Shown one piece after another: positions 41,396 through 58,409 of a DNA stretch of 64,000 bases. A program made the translations under genes and the position numbers. A model generated the notes under the pieces. That model was not told where the DNA came from and did not search any database. It saw nothing but the letters and a program-made list of their open reading frames with translations. The number at the start of each line of letters is the position of its first letter. Within the stretch, counting starts at the first letter, position 1. Origin of the DNA: the human T2T-CHM13v2.0 reference genome, Homo sapiens; assembly GCF_009914755.1 (NCBI RefSeq), contig NC_060933.1; one strand, 5' to 3'.

Positions 41396-41851
41396 TCATA
41401 AAACCATTTTCAAAAGCAATTTATTACTTTTATAAAACATCCTTAATGATATTATTTCATGTTCTTTTGTACAATATACTTTTTTTGTATTTGCCAGTTA
41501 TTTATCGGCCATTTTTTGTTAGTCCACAGAAATTTTAGCCTAGAAAACCCTATAAGGAATGTTCAGTGGATAACCCAATCTAATCAAACTATATATTTAT
41601 TCTTTTTCCTTGACTCTCATTCACTTACTATATCTGATTTCAGTAATTATTTTCACCTATTTTGTAACTTCTTGGTTCTCTTCACCATATGTGTACTCTA
41701 TCCGCAGTGTTCAAAAATGCAGTGATAAGAAAAACAGATGAAAATGTGAACAATGTTTTAGTGTAAGCAGAGACACAATGGACTCCATAGACTATTCCTA
41801 CTCTCCCTCAAAAATACCGGTCCTGACATGCATATGTTCATGCATGATCAA

Positions 41852-41853
<2 letters not shown>

Positions 41854-41888
<35 letters not shown>

Positions 41889-41908
41889 TACACACACACA
41901 CACACACA
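41854..41908 (+). repeat. Interrupted (CA)n microsatellite
   Basis: Two AC runs separated by ATACAT. Confidence 0.97.
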
Positions 41909-42591
41909 GAACAAGGGCAGGTAGAAACTAATTGAAAACAGATGAATTGGAATTCTTTTGTTTTTGAAAGTATGGTTATATAAAATTTGCACAAGAAATG
42001 TACTAGGACACAAATCTGAAAATCAAGTAAAGTTGAAGGGTTCATTCAATGGTAATCTCGTTCCATTCAGAATTAGAGAGACAGAAAGAAACAAATTGCC
42101 TGCTTCAGTGGTTGTCTTATGCTCCAGACAGCCTGCTTAATAAGTTAGTTTTTTTCTCTATGGAAAGTAGATCTATAGATCTTGTCCGAAGCTTTTGGGT
42201 AAGAATTCCTCCTGGATTATTAACTAATGGAGGGTAATAAAACAATTAATTAGCTTAAAGAATAAGCAGACTCATAAAAGTCAGAAAAGCTATGAATATA
42301 TCCTGAATATCATGGGAAAAACTAATATTCAAAGAACGTTAAGATAGTTCTGCAAATAGACTTAAATCAAGAGGCGATACCAAGTTTTATAATATATTTA
42401 GTCTGTTCTCAGCAAGAAAATATTGCTTCATTGCTGTCAAACAAACAAGGATGAACAAATAGACAATCTGCACATTAAATCTCCTGGTATGGTGTTGATT
42501 TGGTTGGAATCTACAAAACTACAAAAGAATAAAAGGAATTCTCTTGTATAATTATATTTTTTGAGAAATGTTTTGACACTGAAACATGATG

Positions 42592-42936
42592 AAGTTGACC
42601 ATTGGTTCCCTTGAGTTCTGTGTCTGTGGATTTCACCGACTATGAATCAAAAATATTTGGAAACACATTTGTGTTTGTACTGAACATGTACAGACTTTCC
42701 CTCTTGTCTTTATTTTCTAAAAAATACAGTATAACAAATATTATCATAGCATTTACATTGTATTAGGTATTATAAGTAATCTGGAGAAGATTTAAAGTAT
42801 GATTTAAAGGATGTACATAAGTTTTATGGAAATTATACCCCATTTTATATCAGGGATTTCAGCATCTACAGATTTTGGTATCAGCAAGAGTTCCTGGAAA
42901 CAATCCTGCATGGATATGGATACTGAGAGATGACTG
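42592..42936 (-). mobile_element. MER2 (Tigger family MITE)
   Basis: CATAGCATTTACATTGTATTAGGTATTATAAGTAATCTGGAG..GATTTTGGTATC..GGATACTGAGAGATGACTG. Confidence 0.85.
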
Positions 42937-43190
42937 TTCACGGTGAGATAAAGCTGTTAATAAAACTAATAAAAAAGCATTCTCAGATATCTAGTCAAAA
43001 AGAAATATATATGTAGGATTCTTCCTAATGAAAACAAAAACAAAAAAGTAAAGACTTATTTTAGAGCACGGGAGTATCAAAAACTGAAATTGTGGATCTA
43101 AAAGAAAACTGGTGAAAAAGAAAAAGATGAAAATTCAACCACATTTTTATTAAAATAATATTTATATAAGATTTTCAAACAAAATCGTTT

Positions 43191-43575
43191 TGTATTTTAC
43201 CACTGACTGGGTGTCTTAAACAACCAAAATTTATTTTCTCGTAATTTTGGAACCTAGAATCCCAAGATCAAGGTGTTGGTAAGCTGGGTTTCTCGTGAGC
43301 CACCTCTCCTTGGCTTGCAGATGACCACCGTCTTAGTCTTTCCTCACTCATGGCCTCTTCTCTGTGCATGAGCATCGCTGGTGTCTTTCTTTGCATGTTC
43401 TAATCTCCTCCTAGTCAGGACACCAGTCAGATTTGATCACAGCCCATCCTAATGGCCTCATTTTAACTTAATTATCTTTGTAAAAGCCCTGTCTCCTTAG
43501 AACTTATATTCTAAGGTAATAGGGCTTAGTGCTTCAACATATGAATTTTGAGGGGAACATAATTCAGTCAATAGT
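43191..43575 (-). mobile_element. MLT1A-type MaLR solo LTR
   Basis: CTGGGTGTCTTAAACAAC..CAAGATCAAGGTGTTGG..CTTCAACATATGAATTTTGAGGGGAACATAATTCAGTC. Confidence 0.85.
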
Positions 43576-43577
43576 TA

Positions 43578-44345
43578 TGAAATGGGAGAATTCCCTGACC
43601 CCCCTTACAGGAAGTACAACAGAGGTGTGTCACCTATTTGGTCACAGCTGCTGCTCAAACCCCTTGTAGGAGGGGGAGCACGTAGATGGGCAGTTGCAGA
43701 GGCTGGGGCAACTGCTTTGGACTCTGGTCGTTGGTAGTGTGTAGGGCTGGGTGCCTGCAACCCCAATGTTACAATGCTCTATAAGCCTTGCCGTACGCAG
43801 ATAGCTTTAAGTGTTAACCAGCTCAATGGACCCTCTGTGTTTTCCCAAGGGCAGAGGGCCAGTGTGACATCTTTCTGTATCCTGAGCTATTGCCCAGCGT
43901 CCCGGAAGAATCAGGTCTCACACGGGCCTAAAGAATGAATGCAAGGTTTTATTGAGTGGTGGCATGGCTCTCAGCAGAATGGATGGGGAGCAAGAATGGG
44001 AGAGAGAGGGGGAAGATGATCTTCCCCTGAAGTTGGGCTGTACTGCAGCTGAACTCCTCTCAGCGATCAATCTGTTCCTCCTCTTCTCTCTTTCTCTGCC
44101 ACGTCATTTTGCCCGTTCATCTGCTTGTCTTGTTTCCTCCTCTGCTGGTCTGCTCTTTAGCCTGGGATTTGGGGTTTATATGGGTACAGAATAGGGGACG
44201 TAGCAGGTCAAAAGGCAACTTTTGGGCATGAAAACTGGAATGCTTGTTTTCGTTTAGGGCTGCAGGTATCCAGGCGTGAGGGTGGGGCCTTTGCCGGGGA
44301 ACCACCTTCTTCTACCCAGTATTTCCCTTTCTCCGGTCCATATCA
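43578..44345 (-). mobile_element. MER50 solo LTR (ERV1)
   Basis: TG...CA termini; reverse strand starts TGATATGGACCGGAGAAAGGGAAATACTGGGTAGAAG..GGCAAAGGCCCCACCCTCA. Confidence 0.85.
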
Positions 44346-44479
44346 ATAATATTGGCTTACATAAGATTGAAAAACAAAAACATTTAAGCTCTTTTAAAAA
44401 ACAAGATTTTCTAATAAGAGTTTATGAATCAAGACATTAAGGAATAAACATAAGAATGTCAATTTCTATTTGGAAAGTT

Positions 44480-45470
44480 GAAAGCTTACATATGAGTTTT
44501 TTAATACAATAAGAAAAGTACAACCCATGAAATAAAAACATTGACAAGTTTCATGTCACTAAAATTAAAATATACTTTCTGAAAGACACTGTCAAGAGAG
44601 TTACAAAACAAGCCACAGACTGGGAGAGAGTATTTGTAAAATATATCTAATTAAGAAATTATATCGAAAATATACAAAGAACTTTTCCAACTCAATAAGA
44701 AAGCAAAAAAAAAACTCAAGTAAAAATAAAGATAGCTCAGCAAAAAAGACAAATGTGAAAAAATGCTCAATATCATTTATAATGGGAGAATTGCAAATAA
44801 AAGTAATACTACACAGTAATAGTTCCTTGTTGTGTAACCAAGTTAGTTAAAAAGCTATGTCTCCACAAAAACCTGCATGTAAGTGTTTATAGCTGCTAAA
44901 GTCACAATTTCCCAAACAACCAGAAGGTTTATACATATGTAAATGTATTAACACATTGTAGCAAATCCACGTGATGGAATATTACATAGCAATAAAAAGA
45001 AATGAACTATCAAGTCATGAAAAGACATGGAGAAAATTTAAATGCATATAGCCAAGTGAAAAATACTAGTCTGAGAAGGCTACATACAGTGTGATTATAA
45101 TTATTTGACACTTCAGATATAGAGTTAGCTACAGTATCAGTAGTTGCTAGAGGTTTGGAATAAGGTGTGAAACACAAGGGATATGTATGCAATGACATGT
45201 TGAGCACAGAGGATTTTAGAGTGGTGAAAATGATTCTCCATGATACTATATTGTGGATATATAGCATTATTCATTTTTCAAAACCCATAGAACTTTATGA
45301 CACAGAGTTAACCCTAATGAATGCAAATTTTTAAAATCCTTTAGGAGTTAAGGGGTTCACAGGAAAGAATTCAAACCGTGACCCGTGACAAGAGATTCTA
45401 GCTATATTAAAACTGCATGAATCAACCTCACTGAAGGGGTTGGGGGAAAAGCAGTGAAAAAATGAATGCA
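44480..45470 (+). mobile_element. L1MC (L1MC3-like) ORF2 end and 3' UTR
   Basis: AAGCCACAGACTGGGAGAGAGTATTTG..TCAAGTCATGAAAAGACATGGAG..AACCTCACTGAAGGGGTTGGGGGAAAAG. Confidence 0.8.
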
Positions 45471-45854
45471 ATATATACAAATAAAGACTAAAAAATTGCA
45501 CAGTTATGTTGTCATAATTTTGACTAAATATAAATGATACAAAATTTAAAAACCAAATTTAATAACATTAATTAAGCATAGATAAAACAGTATAAATTGC
45601 CTTAATTGTGTGGGAGAATTTATTATGCAACATACAAATAAAGATGGCATCAATTATAAGAATATTAATACTATATAGGGAAAATGTGAGGCATAATTTG
45701 CTTAATACTGTACTGTAAATTTATGTAAATAAAATAAATTTAGAATTAAACACGTGGTCATAAACCACAGTTGTGCTAGCAGTTTTTTTAAAAAGAGGCA
45801 AAACAAAATTGTAAAATGGAACAAATAATAGAAGATTTTGCATGATTATATACA

Positions 45855-46347
45855 CAGGCATACTTCTGAAGTATTGTGGGTTCAGTTCTGGATAAGTGCA
45901 ATAAAGCAATAATGCAATAAAAGTCAATCACATGAATTCTATGGTTTCCCAGTGCATAAAAAAGTTATGTTTACACTATGCTATAATCCATTAAATGTGC
46001 AGTAGCATTATATCTGAAAAAACAATGCACATATCTTAATTTAAAAATACTTCATAGCTAAAAATGCAAATAACTCCCTGAGACTTCAACAAGTCCTACC
46101 CTTTTTGCTGGTAAAGGGTCTTGCCTCAATGTTGATGGCTGCTGACTGATTAGAGTGGTGATTGCTGAAGAATGGAATGGTTGTGGAAGTTTCTTAAAAT
46201 ATGACAAAAATAAAATTTGCCACATCAATCAACTCTTCCTTTCATGAAAGATCTCTCTGTAGCATGCAATGCTATATGATAGCGTTTTACCCACGGTAGC
46301 ATTATTTCAAAATTGGATTCAATTCTCTCCAACCCTGCCACTATTTT
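45855..46347 (-). mobile_element. Tigger1 3' terminal fragment
   Basis: TIR CAGGCATAC..; GGTTTCCCAGTGCAT..AGTTATGTTTACACTA; GGGTCTTGCCTCAATGTTGATGGCTGCTGACTGAT. Confidence 0.9.
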
Positions 46348-47062
46348 AGCATAAAAATGACAAACAGGTATATGAAAAGGTGCTCAATATCATTGATCAT
46401 CAGATAAATGAAAATCAAAACTACAATGAGTCATTATCCTACTCCAGTAAAGATGGCTTATATCCAAAAGTGTGGTCATAACAAATGGTGGTGAGGATGT
46501 GGAGAAAAGGGAAAACTACTACACTCTTGGTAGGAATGTGATTTAGTACACCACTATGGAAAACACTATGGAGGTTCTTCAAAATAATAAAAATAGAGGT
46601 ACTGTACAATCCAGTGATTCCACTCCAAAGTATGTTCCCCAAAGTTGGGAAATCAGTATATTGAAGAGATATCTGCACTCTCGTATTTTTTGTAGTACTA
46701 TTCACAATAGCCAAGATTTGGAAGCAACATAAGTGTCCATCAACAGAAAAACAGATAAAGTAATTGTGGTATATATACGAAATGGAGTAGTATTAAGCCA
46801 TAAAAAGAATGAAATCCTGTCACTTGCAACAAACATGGATGGAATTGAAAGGCATTATGTTAAATGAAATAAGCCAGGGACAGAAAGACACACTTTTTAT
46901 CTTTCCACACATTTTGGAAAACTAAAACTTAAAGCAAGTAAACTCATTGAGATGGAGAGTAGAATGATAGTTACTAGAGGCTGGGACTGGTAGTGAGGGG
47001 GTGTGGGCATGGTTAGTAAGTACAAAAATATAGTTAGAATGAATAAGATCTAGCAGTAGATC
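46348..47062 (+). mobile_element. L1MA (MA2/3-like) ORF2 end and partial 3' UTR
   Basis: AAACAGGTATATGAAAAGGTGCTCAA..GAAGAGATATCTGCACTC..TACAAAAATATAGTTAGAATGAATAAGATCTAG. Confidence 0.85.
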
Positions 47063-49265
47063 AAGGACAAAAGAACAATGTATGAACAATATAAAAGTTC
47101 CTGAAAAGAATACACACAGGAATCATAGAGTTGAAAAATCCAATAACTAAATTGAAAAAGGAACTAGGAAAGGAAGAACAAACTAAGCCCAAAGCTTGTA
47201 GAAGAAAGGAAATAATAAAGGTCAAAACAGAAATAAATGAAATAGAGACTATAAAAACAATAGAAAAGATCATTGAAATGAAGAATTGGTTTCTTAAAAG
47301 ATAAAAAATAGAAAAATCTTTAGCTAAAATAACTAAGAAAAAATAAAAATGTTTAAAATAATTAATGTAAAAAATAAAGGAGGAGACATTGTTACTGATA
47401 TCACAAGGGATCATAAAAAACTACAATGATCAATTATATGCCAATAAATTTGATAACATAGAAGAAACAAAAACATTCACAGAAACAAAACTTACCAATA
47501 CTGGACCATGAAGTAATATAAAATCTGAACAGACCAACAATGAGTAATAAATTAATTCAGTAACAAAGAGGCTTCCATCAAAGAACAGCATAAATTGATG
47601 GGTTCACTGGTAGATTCAATCAAACATTTAAATTAGAACTAATACCAATTTTTCTCAAACTCTTCCAAAACTTACACAGGATAAAATGGTTTAAAAATAC
47701 TTTAAAACTTATTTTGTGAAGCCTGTATTAGCCAGAAAAAGACACTATAAAAAAATAAGATTATGAACCACTATCCCTGATGAACATAGAAGCAAAAATC
47801 CTTAACCAAATATTAGCCAACTGAATTCAACAGTACATTGAAAGTGTCACTCGTTAAGAGCAACTAGGATGTATCTCTGGGATACAAGTATGGTTTAACA
47901 TAGACTAATCAATAATGTAATTCATCACATTAACAGACTGAAAGATAAAAATCATCTCAATAGATGCATGAAAAGCATTTGATGAAATTCAACTTCATTT
48001 CATTATAAAAATTTCTCATCAAAGTAGGTATAGAAGGATTTACTTCAACACAATAAATATGATACACTACTAGCCCACAGCAAACATCATACACTATTGT
48101 AAAGTGTTGAAAGCTTTTCTTCTAAGATAAGGAACAGGTAAAGGATGCTTACTCTCCACATCTGTATAGCATACTAGTGAAAGTCCTAGCCATAGCAACT
48201 AGGCAAGAAAAGAAATGAAAAGCATCTAAATCAGAAAGGAAGAAATAAAATGGTCTCTATTTGTAGACGGCATGATTTTGCATATAGAGAAACCAAAAGA
48301 CACCACCAAATAACTATTCAAATTAAGACATAAATTTATTTATGTTGCAGGAGATAAAATCAACATATAGAAATAAGTAGCATTTCTATACATCAACAAC
48401 AAACTACTGTAAAAGAAATTATAAGAGCAATCTCATTTGTAATAGTGTCAAAATATAAAATACAAATAAATTTAACCATGATGGTGTAAGTCTTGTACTT
48501 TGAAAACTGTAAAACTTTGGTGAAAATAACTGAAGATATAAGAAATCTCCTATATTTATGGATGAGAAAAAATCATAATGTTAAAATATCTATACTACTT
48601 AAAGTGGCAAAAAAATTAAATAAAATTCTGATCAAAACTGTAATAACATTTTTTCACAGAAATAAATAAAAAATTCAAATATTTGTTCAGAGCCACAAAA
48701 AACCCATAACACCCAAAGCAATTTTGAGAAAACAGAACAAAGCTGAAGGCCTTAAACTACCTTACCTCAAAATTTACTACAAACCTATGGTAATCAAAAC
48801 AGCATGGCACCAATACACACACACAAAGACCAGTGGATGAAAATTAAGAGCTCAAGAATAAATTCAAATGTCCAAGGTAAAATGATTTTGAAAAAGTTTC
48901 CAAGAACACAATGGAGAAAGGATAATCTCGTCAATAATTGATGCTTGGAAAAATGTATTTTCACATGTAGAATGAAATTAGACCCTTATCACAACCCATA
49001 GAAAGTAAACTCAAAATGAAGTAAACACTTAAATGTAAGACCTGAAATTGTAAAACTACTAGAAAAAAAATCATAGGAAAGAAGTTCTTGACATTGGTCC
49101 TGACCATTTCTTTTGCTATAACTCCAAAAGCATATACAAAAAAGCTTAAATAGACAAATATAATTGCACAAAACTAAACAGCTTCTGCCCAGCAAAGAAA
49201 ACAATCAACAGAATGAAAAGATAACCTTCAGAATAGGAGAACATATTTGCAAGGCATACATATGA

Positions 49266-52069
<2,804 letters not shown>

Positions 52070-52193
52070 TATTATAAGAAGTTAATATTCAAAATATATC
52101 AGGAAGTTAAAAATCTCAATAATAAGAAAGCCAATTAAACCAATCAAAAAATGGGCATAGTACTTAAATGTACATTTCTCAGAAGATATACTA

Positions 52194-52489
52194 GGCTGGG
52201 CGCGGTGGCTCACGCCTGTAATCCCAGCACTTTGGGAGGCCGAAGCTGGCGGATCACGAGGTCAGGAGATCGAGACCATCCTGGCTAACATGATGAAACC
52301 CCGTCTCTACTAAAAATACAAAAAATTAGCCGGGCGTGGTGGCGGGCGCCTGTAGTCCCAGCTACTCAGGAGGCTGAGGCAGGAGAATGACATGAACCTG
52401 GGAGGTGGAACTTGCAGTGAGCCAAGATTGCACCAGTGCACTCCAGCCTGGGCGACAGAGTGAGACTCCGTCTCAAAAAAAAAAAGAAA
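52194..52489 (+). mobile_element. AluY, sense
   Basis: GATCGAGACCATCCTGGCTAACA diagnostic, many intact CpGs; TSD AGAAGATATACTA / AGAAAATATACAA. Confidence 0.96.
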
Positions 52490-53237
52490 AGAAAATATAC
52501 AAATGGCCAACAAGTATATGAAAAAAAAAATTGCTTAATGTCACTAATTAGTGGAGAAATGCAAATTAAATCCCCAATGAGATAGCATCTTAAACCTGTT
52601 GGAATGGCTTTTATCAAAAGCCATTATCAAAAGAACAAAAGATATGTGTTGGTGAGGATGTAGAAAAATGGGAAGGAAACCTTGCATGCTGTACAGGGGT
52701 ATATAAATTCATGAAGCCATTATTAAAAATAGCATAGAACTTTCTGAAAAAATTAAAAATAGAAATACTGATGATCTGGCAACTTCCACTTCTGGGTATA
52801 CATTCAAAGGAAATGAAATCAGTATGTCAAAGAGATACCTGCATCCCAATATTCTTTGCAGCATCACTCACAATAGCCACAATATGGAATCAACCTAAGT
52901 GTCTATCAATGAATAAATGGATAAAGAAAATAGGGTTTATACATAAAATAAAATATTATTCATCTTTAACAAAAAAAGAAGTCCTACAATATGCCACAAC
53001 ATGGATGAAATGTGTGGTTCTTATCCTAAGTGAAGGATAAATGCTATATGATTTCACTTACGTGAGGTATCTAAATTAGCCAAATTCATAGAAGCAAAAA
53101 GCAGAATGGTGGTTACCAGGGACTGGAGAAGCAGGGTGAAAAGGCATAAGAGAGAACACAGAGTTGTTCAATAAGTAAAACGTTTTAGTTATGCAAGTTA
53201 GACATGTTTTAGAAATTTTTGTAGTATCTTTCCTGTA

Positions 53238-53668
53238 CAGTAGGTTCTTGAATAAAATGGGATTTAGGGTTGCTAATCTCTTCTCACAGCCAAAAATCCA
53301 CATATAACTTTTGACTTTCCCAAAGATTAACTACTGATAGCCTACTTTGACTGGAAACCTTACTGATAATATAAACATATACATATTTTGTATATGTATT
53401 ACATACAACATTCTTACAATAAAGTAAGCTAGAGAAAAGAAAATTGTATTTAAAAAATCATGAGGAAGAGAAAATGTATTTACTATTAATTAAGCAAAAG
53501 TGGATCATCATTAAGATGTTCATCTTCATTATCTTCATGTTGAGTAGGCTGAGGAGGAGGAGGAAGTATAGGGGTTGGCCCTGCTATCTCAGGGGTGATA
53601 GAGGTGGAAGAAAATCTGTGTATAAGTGGACCTAGGCAGTTCAAACCATGTTGTTCAAGGGCCAAGTG
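53238..53668 (-). mobile_element. Tigger2a (MER28-type)
   Basis: TA TSDs; termini CAGTAGGTTCTTGAA / GTTGTTCAAGGGCCAAGTG; internal AAGTGGATCATCATTAAG..AGGCTGAGGAGGAGGAGGAAG. Confidence 0.88.
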
Positions 53669-55084
53669 TAGTTATAAAGACTGTACTGTACACTTCAGAT
53701 TTTGTTAAAAGTGTAGACACCCTATTAAATATTTCCACCACAATAAAACAATTAATAGGTGGCATTTTGTGTTTATGAACATCAGAAGCAATAAAGGATC
53801 AACAATTTTTGCTAGTTTGAGGGTCTCCAAATTAAAGGTAAAGTTAAGACAACTAAAGTTATCTTTGCTGGTAAAACATCAAAATAACTCTTCTGTGCAA
53901 ATCCAATAGATAAACACAAATGGGAAACTGTGTTTGGAGAGGTATTTTTCAGGCACTCCATAATGACAAAAAGGGAAACTGAAGGGATTTAAAATCCTAC
54001 CTTATCATTTTCTCCCCTTAATCCCTCTGACACCCTAAGAAAATAGTTTTCCTGAAGATAATGTTGAACCTGAAGAGTGCCCAGGTGTACAATTTAAAAT
54101 CACTTAATGAGATCATCACTCTTAATTTACAAAAGAGGAAAGTAAATAGTGGAGAGGTTAGGTGGCTTGGCAATAATAAATGCTTATTAACTAATAAATG
54201 AAGTGGTAAAAAATATGTATCAGGTGTTTGCTTCTTAAGATGTGAAGCAAAATATATTCCAAAATCATATATCAAAGTGGGTGACATAAAAAATGTCATG
54301 GTTATCTGTGATTCCTACAAAAATTGATATAATTTCTTGATGTAATCATATAACTTTAGTTACTTGGGAACCGTCAAACAAATACAATAATCACAAATGG
54401 CCTTAAAACAAAAGGTAAGCATCAGACATGAAAGTGTGATATAATACAGGTCACTTTATCTTGGGAAAAGCAGGAGACAGAAAATAGTTCTTTTTCTTTT
54501 GCTTATTTAAAGTAAATTGCATTTATACCATTTTAGTGGACTGTTGACTTTATAGCTCAGTGAAGCACACTGAAGTATAACACATACAAGTTCATCCAGT
54601 TTAAATTAAATCAATATTCTTAGTCAAGTAAAATGAAAGTGTGAATAAATGACCATCAGTGCTTAGCACACCAAAAACTGGACATCTTCCCAGCAGTCTG
54701 GCTAGTTTCATTTCTCAGATCAGATTTTAAATACATTGGGATAGCACTTTGAAAAATAATAATCTCACTATCAAATTCTAGCAGCATGGACAACGTTGTT
54801 TTACTCACACTTTGTCACTTCTTTTTTTTTTAACAAGTTGCTATCTGTATATTAATCAGGTCACAGCTTAGCACTTCCTTTGGGAAATTTTGTCTGACCA
54901 CAGAAGAGTGTTTTAAAGTGACTCCTGAAAAGAGTTTAAAGATTAAACATGTATCTCTGTCTTTCTCTTCTCAAGATTCTCTACAAATAATAGTAAAATT
55001 AATAAGATTTATTCACACAAGGAAAAGGAGAATAAAAGTAGGTAACTAGTAGGGTATTTAAAAACATGATTGAAATAAAAGCTA

Positions 55085-57920
55085 ACTATTCATTCAACAA
55101 ATACATATTATTCTATATATTAGGTAATGTTCTAATTACTGAGAAAATTTCAGTTAACATAAAGCTTGCATTCTTGTGAATAAGTAGATAGTAAGCAAAC
55201 AATCTTTATATTAAACATAATAAATTATTTGTAAATGCATGTTTATATGATATATGTAATATACACATATTTGATGCAACACAATTTAAATATACATTAA
55301 TATTTTACATTTTAAATCAGAGGGTGGTATGGTTCGGCTGTGTCCCCCATCCAAATCTCATCTTGAATTGTAATAATCAACATATGTCAAGGGTGGGGCC
55401 AGGTGGAGATAATTGAATCATGGGGCCAGTTTCCCCCATACTGTTCTCCTGGTAGTGAATAAGTATCACAAGATCTGATGGTTTTATAAATGGGAGTTCC
55501 CCTGCACAAGATCTCTTGCCCACCAGTATGTAAGACGTTCCTATGCTCTTCCTTCTTCTTCTGCCATGATTGTGAGGCCTCCCAAGCCATGTGGAACTGT
55601 GAGTCCATTAAACCTTTCTTTCTTTAGAAATTACCCAGTCTTAGGTATGTCTTTATTAGGACGGTGAGAACAGAATAACACAGTAAATTGGTACCAGGTA
55701 GTGGGGCACTGTTGTAAAGGTACCCAAAAATGTGGAAGTGACTTTAGAACTGGGTAACAGGCAGAGATTGGAACAGTTTGGAGGGCTCGGAAAAAGGAAG
55801 ATGTGGGAGAGTGTGGAACTTCTTAGAGACTTGTTAGATGGCTTTGAACAAAATGCTTTAATAGTGATATGGACAGTAAAGTCCAGGTTGAGGTAATCTC
55901 AGATGGAGATTAAAAACTTTTTGGGAACTAGAATAAAGGTGACTCCTCTTATATTTTAGCAAAGACACTGGTGGCATTTTGCCCTTGCCCTAAAGATTTG
56001 TGGAACTTTGAACTTGAGAGAGATGATTTATGGAATGTGGTGGAAGAAATTTCTAAGGAGCAAAGCATTGAAGAGGTGACTTGGGTGCTGTTAAAAGCAC
56101 TCAGTTTTACGTATCACAAAGATTTGGATTGGAATTGGAACTTACGCTTTAAAAGGGAAGCAAGAGCATAAAAATTCAAAAATTTGTAGCTTGATGATGT
56201 GACAGAATAGAAAAACCCATTTTCTACAGAGAAATTCAAGCTAGTCACAGAAATTTGCATAAGTCATGAGGAGACAAATGTTAGTCACCAAGACAATGGG
56301 GAAAATGTCTCCAGGGTATGTCAAAGGTCTTCAAGGCAGCCCCTCCCATCACAGGCCCAGAGGCCTAAAAGGAAAAAAATGGTTTTGTGGGCCAGTCCCA
56401 GAGCTTTGCTGTTTTGCTGTTTTGTGCAGTCTTGAGACTTGGTGCCCTATGATCCAGCTGTGGCTAAAAGGGCCCAATGTAGAGCTCAGGCCTTAGCCTC
56501 AGATGGTGCAAGTCCCAAGCCTTGGTGGCTTCCAAGTGGTGTTTAGCCTGCAGATGCACAGAAATCAAGAACCAAGGTTTGAGAACCTCTCCCTAGATTC
56601 CAGACGATGTATGGAAATGCCTGGATGGTCCATGCAGACGTTTGCTGCAGGGGCAGAGGCCTCATGCAGAACCCCTGCTAGGACAGTGAGGAAGGAAAAT
56701 GTGGGTTGGGAGCCCCTACACAGTGTCCCCACTGGGGCACTGCCTAGTGGAGTTGTGAGAAGAGCGCCACTGTCCTCCAGATCCCAGAATGTTAGATACC
56801 TGGACAGTTTGCACTGTGCATCTGGAAAGGCTACAGACACTCAGTGCCAGCCCATGACAGCAGCCAGGAGGGGTGCTGCACTGTGCAAAGCCACAGGGGT
56901 CAGCATGACCTGGATGTGAGACACAGAGTCAAAGAAGATAATTTTAGAGCTTTAAGATTTGACTGCCCTGCTGGATTTCAGAGTTTCATGGGGACTGTAG
57001 CCACTTCATTTTGGCCAATTTCTCCCATTTGAAACATGTGTATTTATCCATTGCCTGTACCTCCATTGTATTTAGGAAGTAACTAACTTGCTTTGATTTT
57101 ACAGGCTCATAGGCAGAAGGTACTTGCCTTGTCTCAGATGAGACATTGGACTGTGGACTTTTAAGTTAATGATGAAATGAGTTTAGATTTTGGAGGACTG
57201 TTGGGAAGGCATGACTGGTTTTGAAATGTGAGGACATGAAATTTGGGAGGGGCCAGGGCTGAAATGATACGATTTAGCTGTGTCCCCACCCAAACCATAC
57301 CTTGAATTTTAATAATCCCCACGTGTCAAGGGCAGAGCTAAGTGGAGATAATTGAATCATGGGGTGGTTTCCCCCATACTATTTTCCTGGTAGTGAATAT
57401 ATCTCAAGAGATCTGATGGTTTTATAAATGGGAGTTCCCCTGCACAAGCTTTCTTGCCTGTCACCATTTAAGACATCCCTTTGTTCTTCCTTCATCTTCT
57501 GCCGTGATTATGAGGCTTCCCCAGCTATGTGGAACTGTGAATCCATTAAACCTTCTATTCTTTATAAATTACCCAGTCTCAGTATGTCTTTATTAGCAGC
57601 ATAAGAACAAAATAAAACAGATGGAGATGAATCCTATGAAGGCTAACTACAAGATAAGAGGTTAGAGAGTAAATGAGGAGGGGTAGAGTGGCTACATAAT
57701 AGAAAATGGTCCATAAATGCCTCTAGCATTAGGTGATAATTAACTAAAACCTGGATGAGTTGTGGAGGCAAGCCGTGCAGATATCTAGGAGATAATAATT
57801 TCCTGAAGGGTAATCAGGAAGTGTGAGCATTCTGAGGTAGAGTATGCCTAACAAATGTCTTATAAGACAGCATAAGAAGGCTAGTGGGTCTGGAGTTCAG
57901 TGAATGAGGAGACAATGTTG
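55085..57920 (-). mobile_element. L2 remnant (antisense) split by THE1
   Basis: ATTCATTCAACAAATA at about 55088; L2-like sequence resumes after 57620 (AAACCTGGATGAG..GAAGGCTAGTGGGTCTGGAG). Confidence 0.6.
55325..57619 (+). mobile_element. THE1 (probably THE1C) MaLR provirus: 5' LTR 55325-55682, internal 55683-57264, 3' LTR 57265-57619
   Basis: Paired approximately 355-bp LTRs, internal start GTAAATTGGTACCAG, polypurine tract GGGAGGGGCCAGGG, TSD GAGGG/GATGG. Confidence 0.94.
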
Positions 57921-58409
57921 AATTCCCTGTGTCCTGGAAGTGATCTTTCTTTCCAGAATCCTTCTTCAAGGAAACTCAACTTCCACTTCTTTTTGGAAAA
58001 AGGGTGCAAAGGAAGGTAACTTTTTGAGTCCTTTAATGTCTGAATGTCTTAATACTGTTCTCATACTTGCTTGAAAATGTAACTAGATACAGAACTCTAG
58101 ATTAAAAATAATTTCTTCAGAATTGTAAAGAAAACTTTTTTTTTAGCATTCAGGAAAGCTGTTAGAAATATGATTTCAGTCTCATTCTTTTTCTTTTGTT
58201 TGTGTCCCTTTTTACCTATTCTTCCATAAAAATGTATTTTTGCTACATATTTGTAGATATTTTAAGAACCTTTGAGTTTCTTTCTTATCAACATTTTAAT
58301 TTATGTACAATAATCATAAAATATGTGTATGTATAATAAAATATATATACATCAATAAAAATCTATAATAAATAATAAAAATAAACATAAAATAATATAA
58401 ATCTTAAGT

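Noticed and set aside
42169-42182. 14-bp palindrome AGATCTATAGATCT
   Set aside because: Palindromes of this length are expected by chance in AT-rich 64 kb
55578-55590. PRDM9 hotspot motif position in the THE1 LTR
   Set aside because: CCTCCCAAGCCAT lacks the T7 and C13 of CCNCCNTNNCCNC; the 3' LTR copy also mismatches
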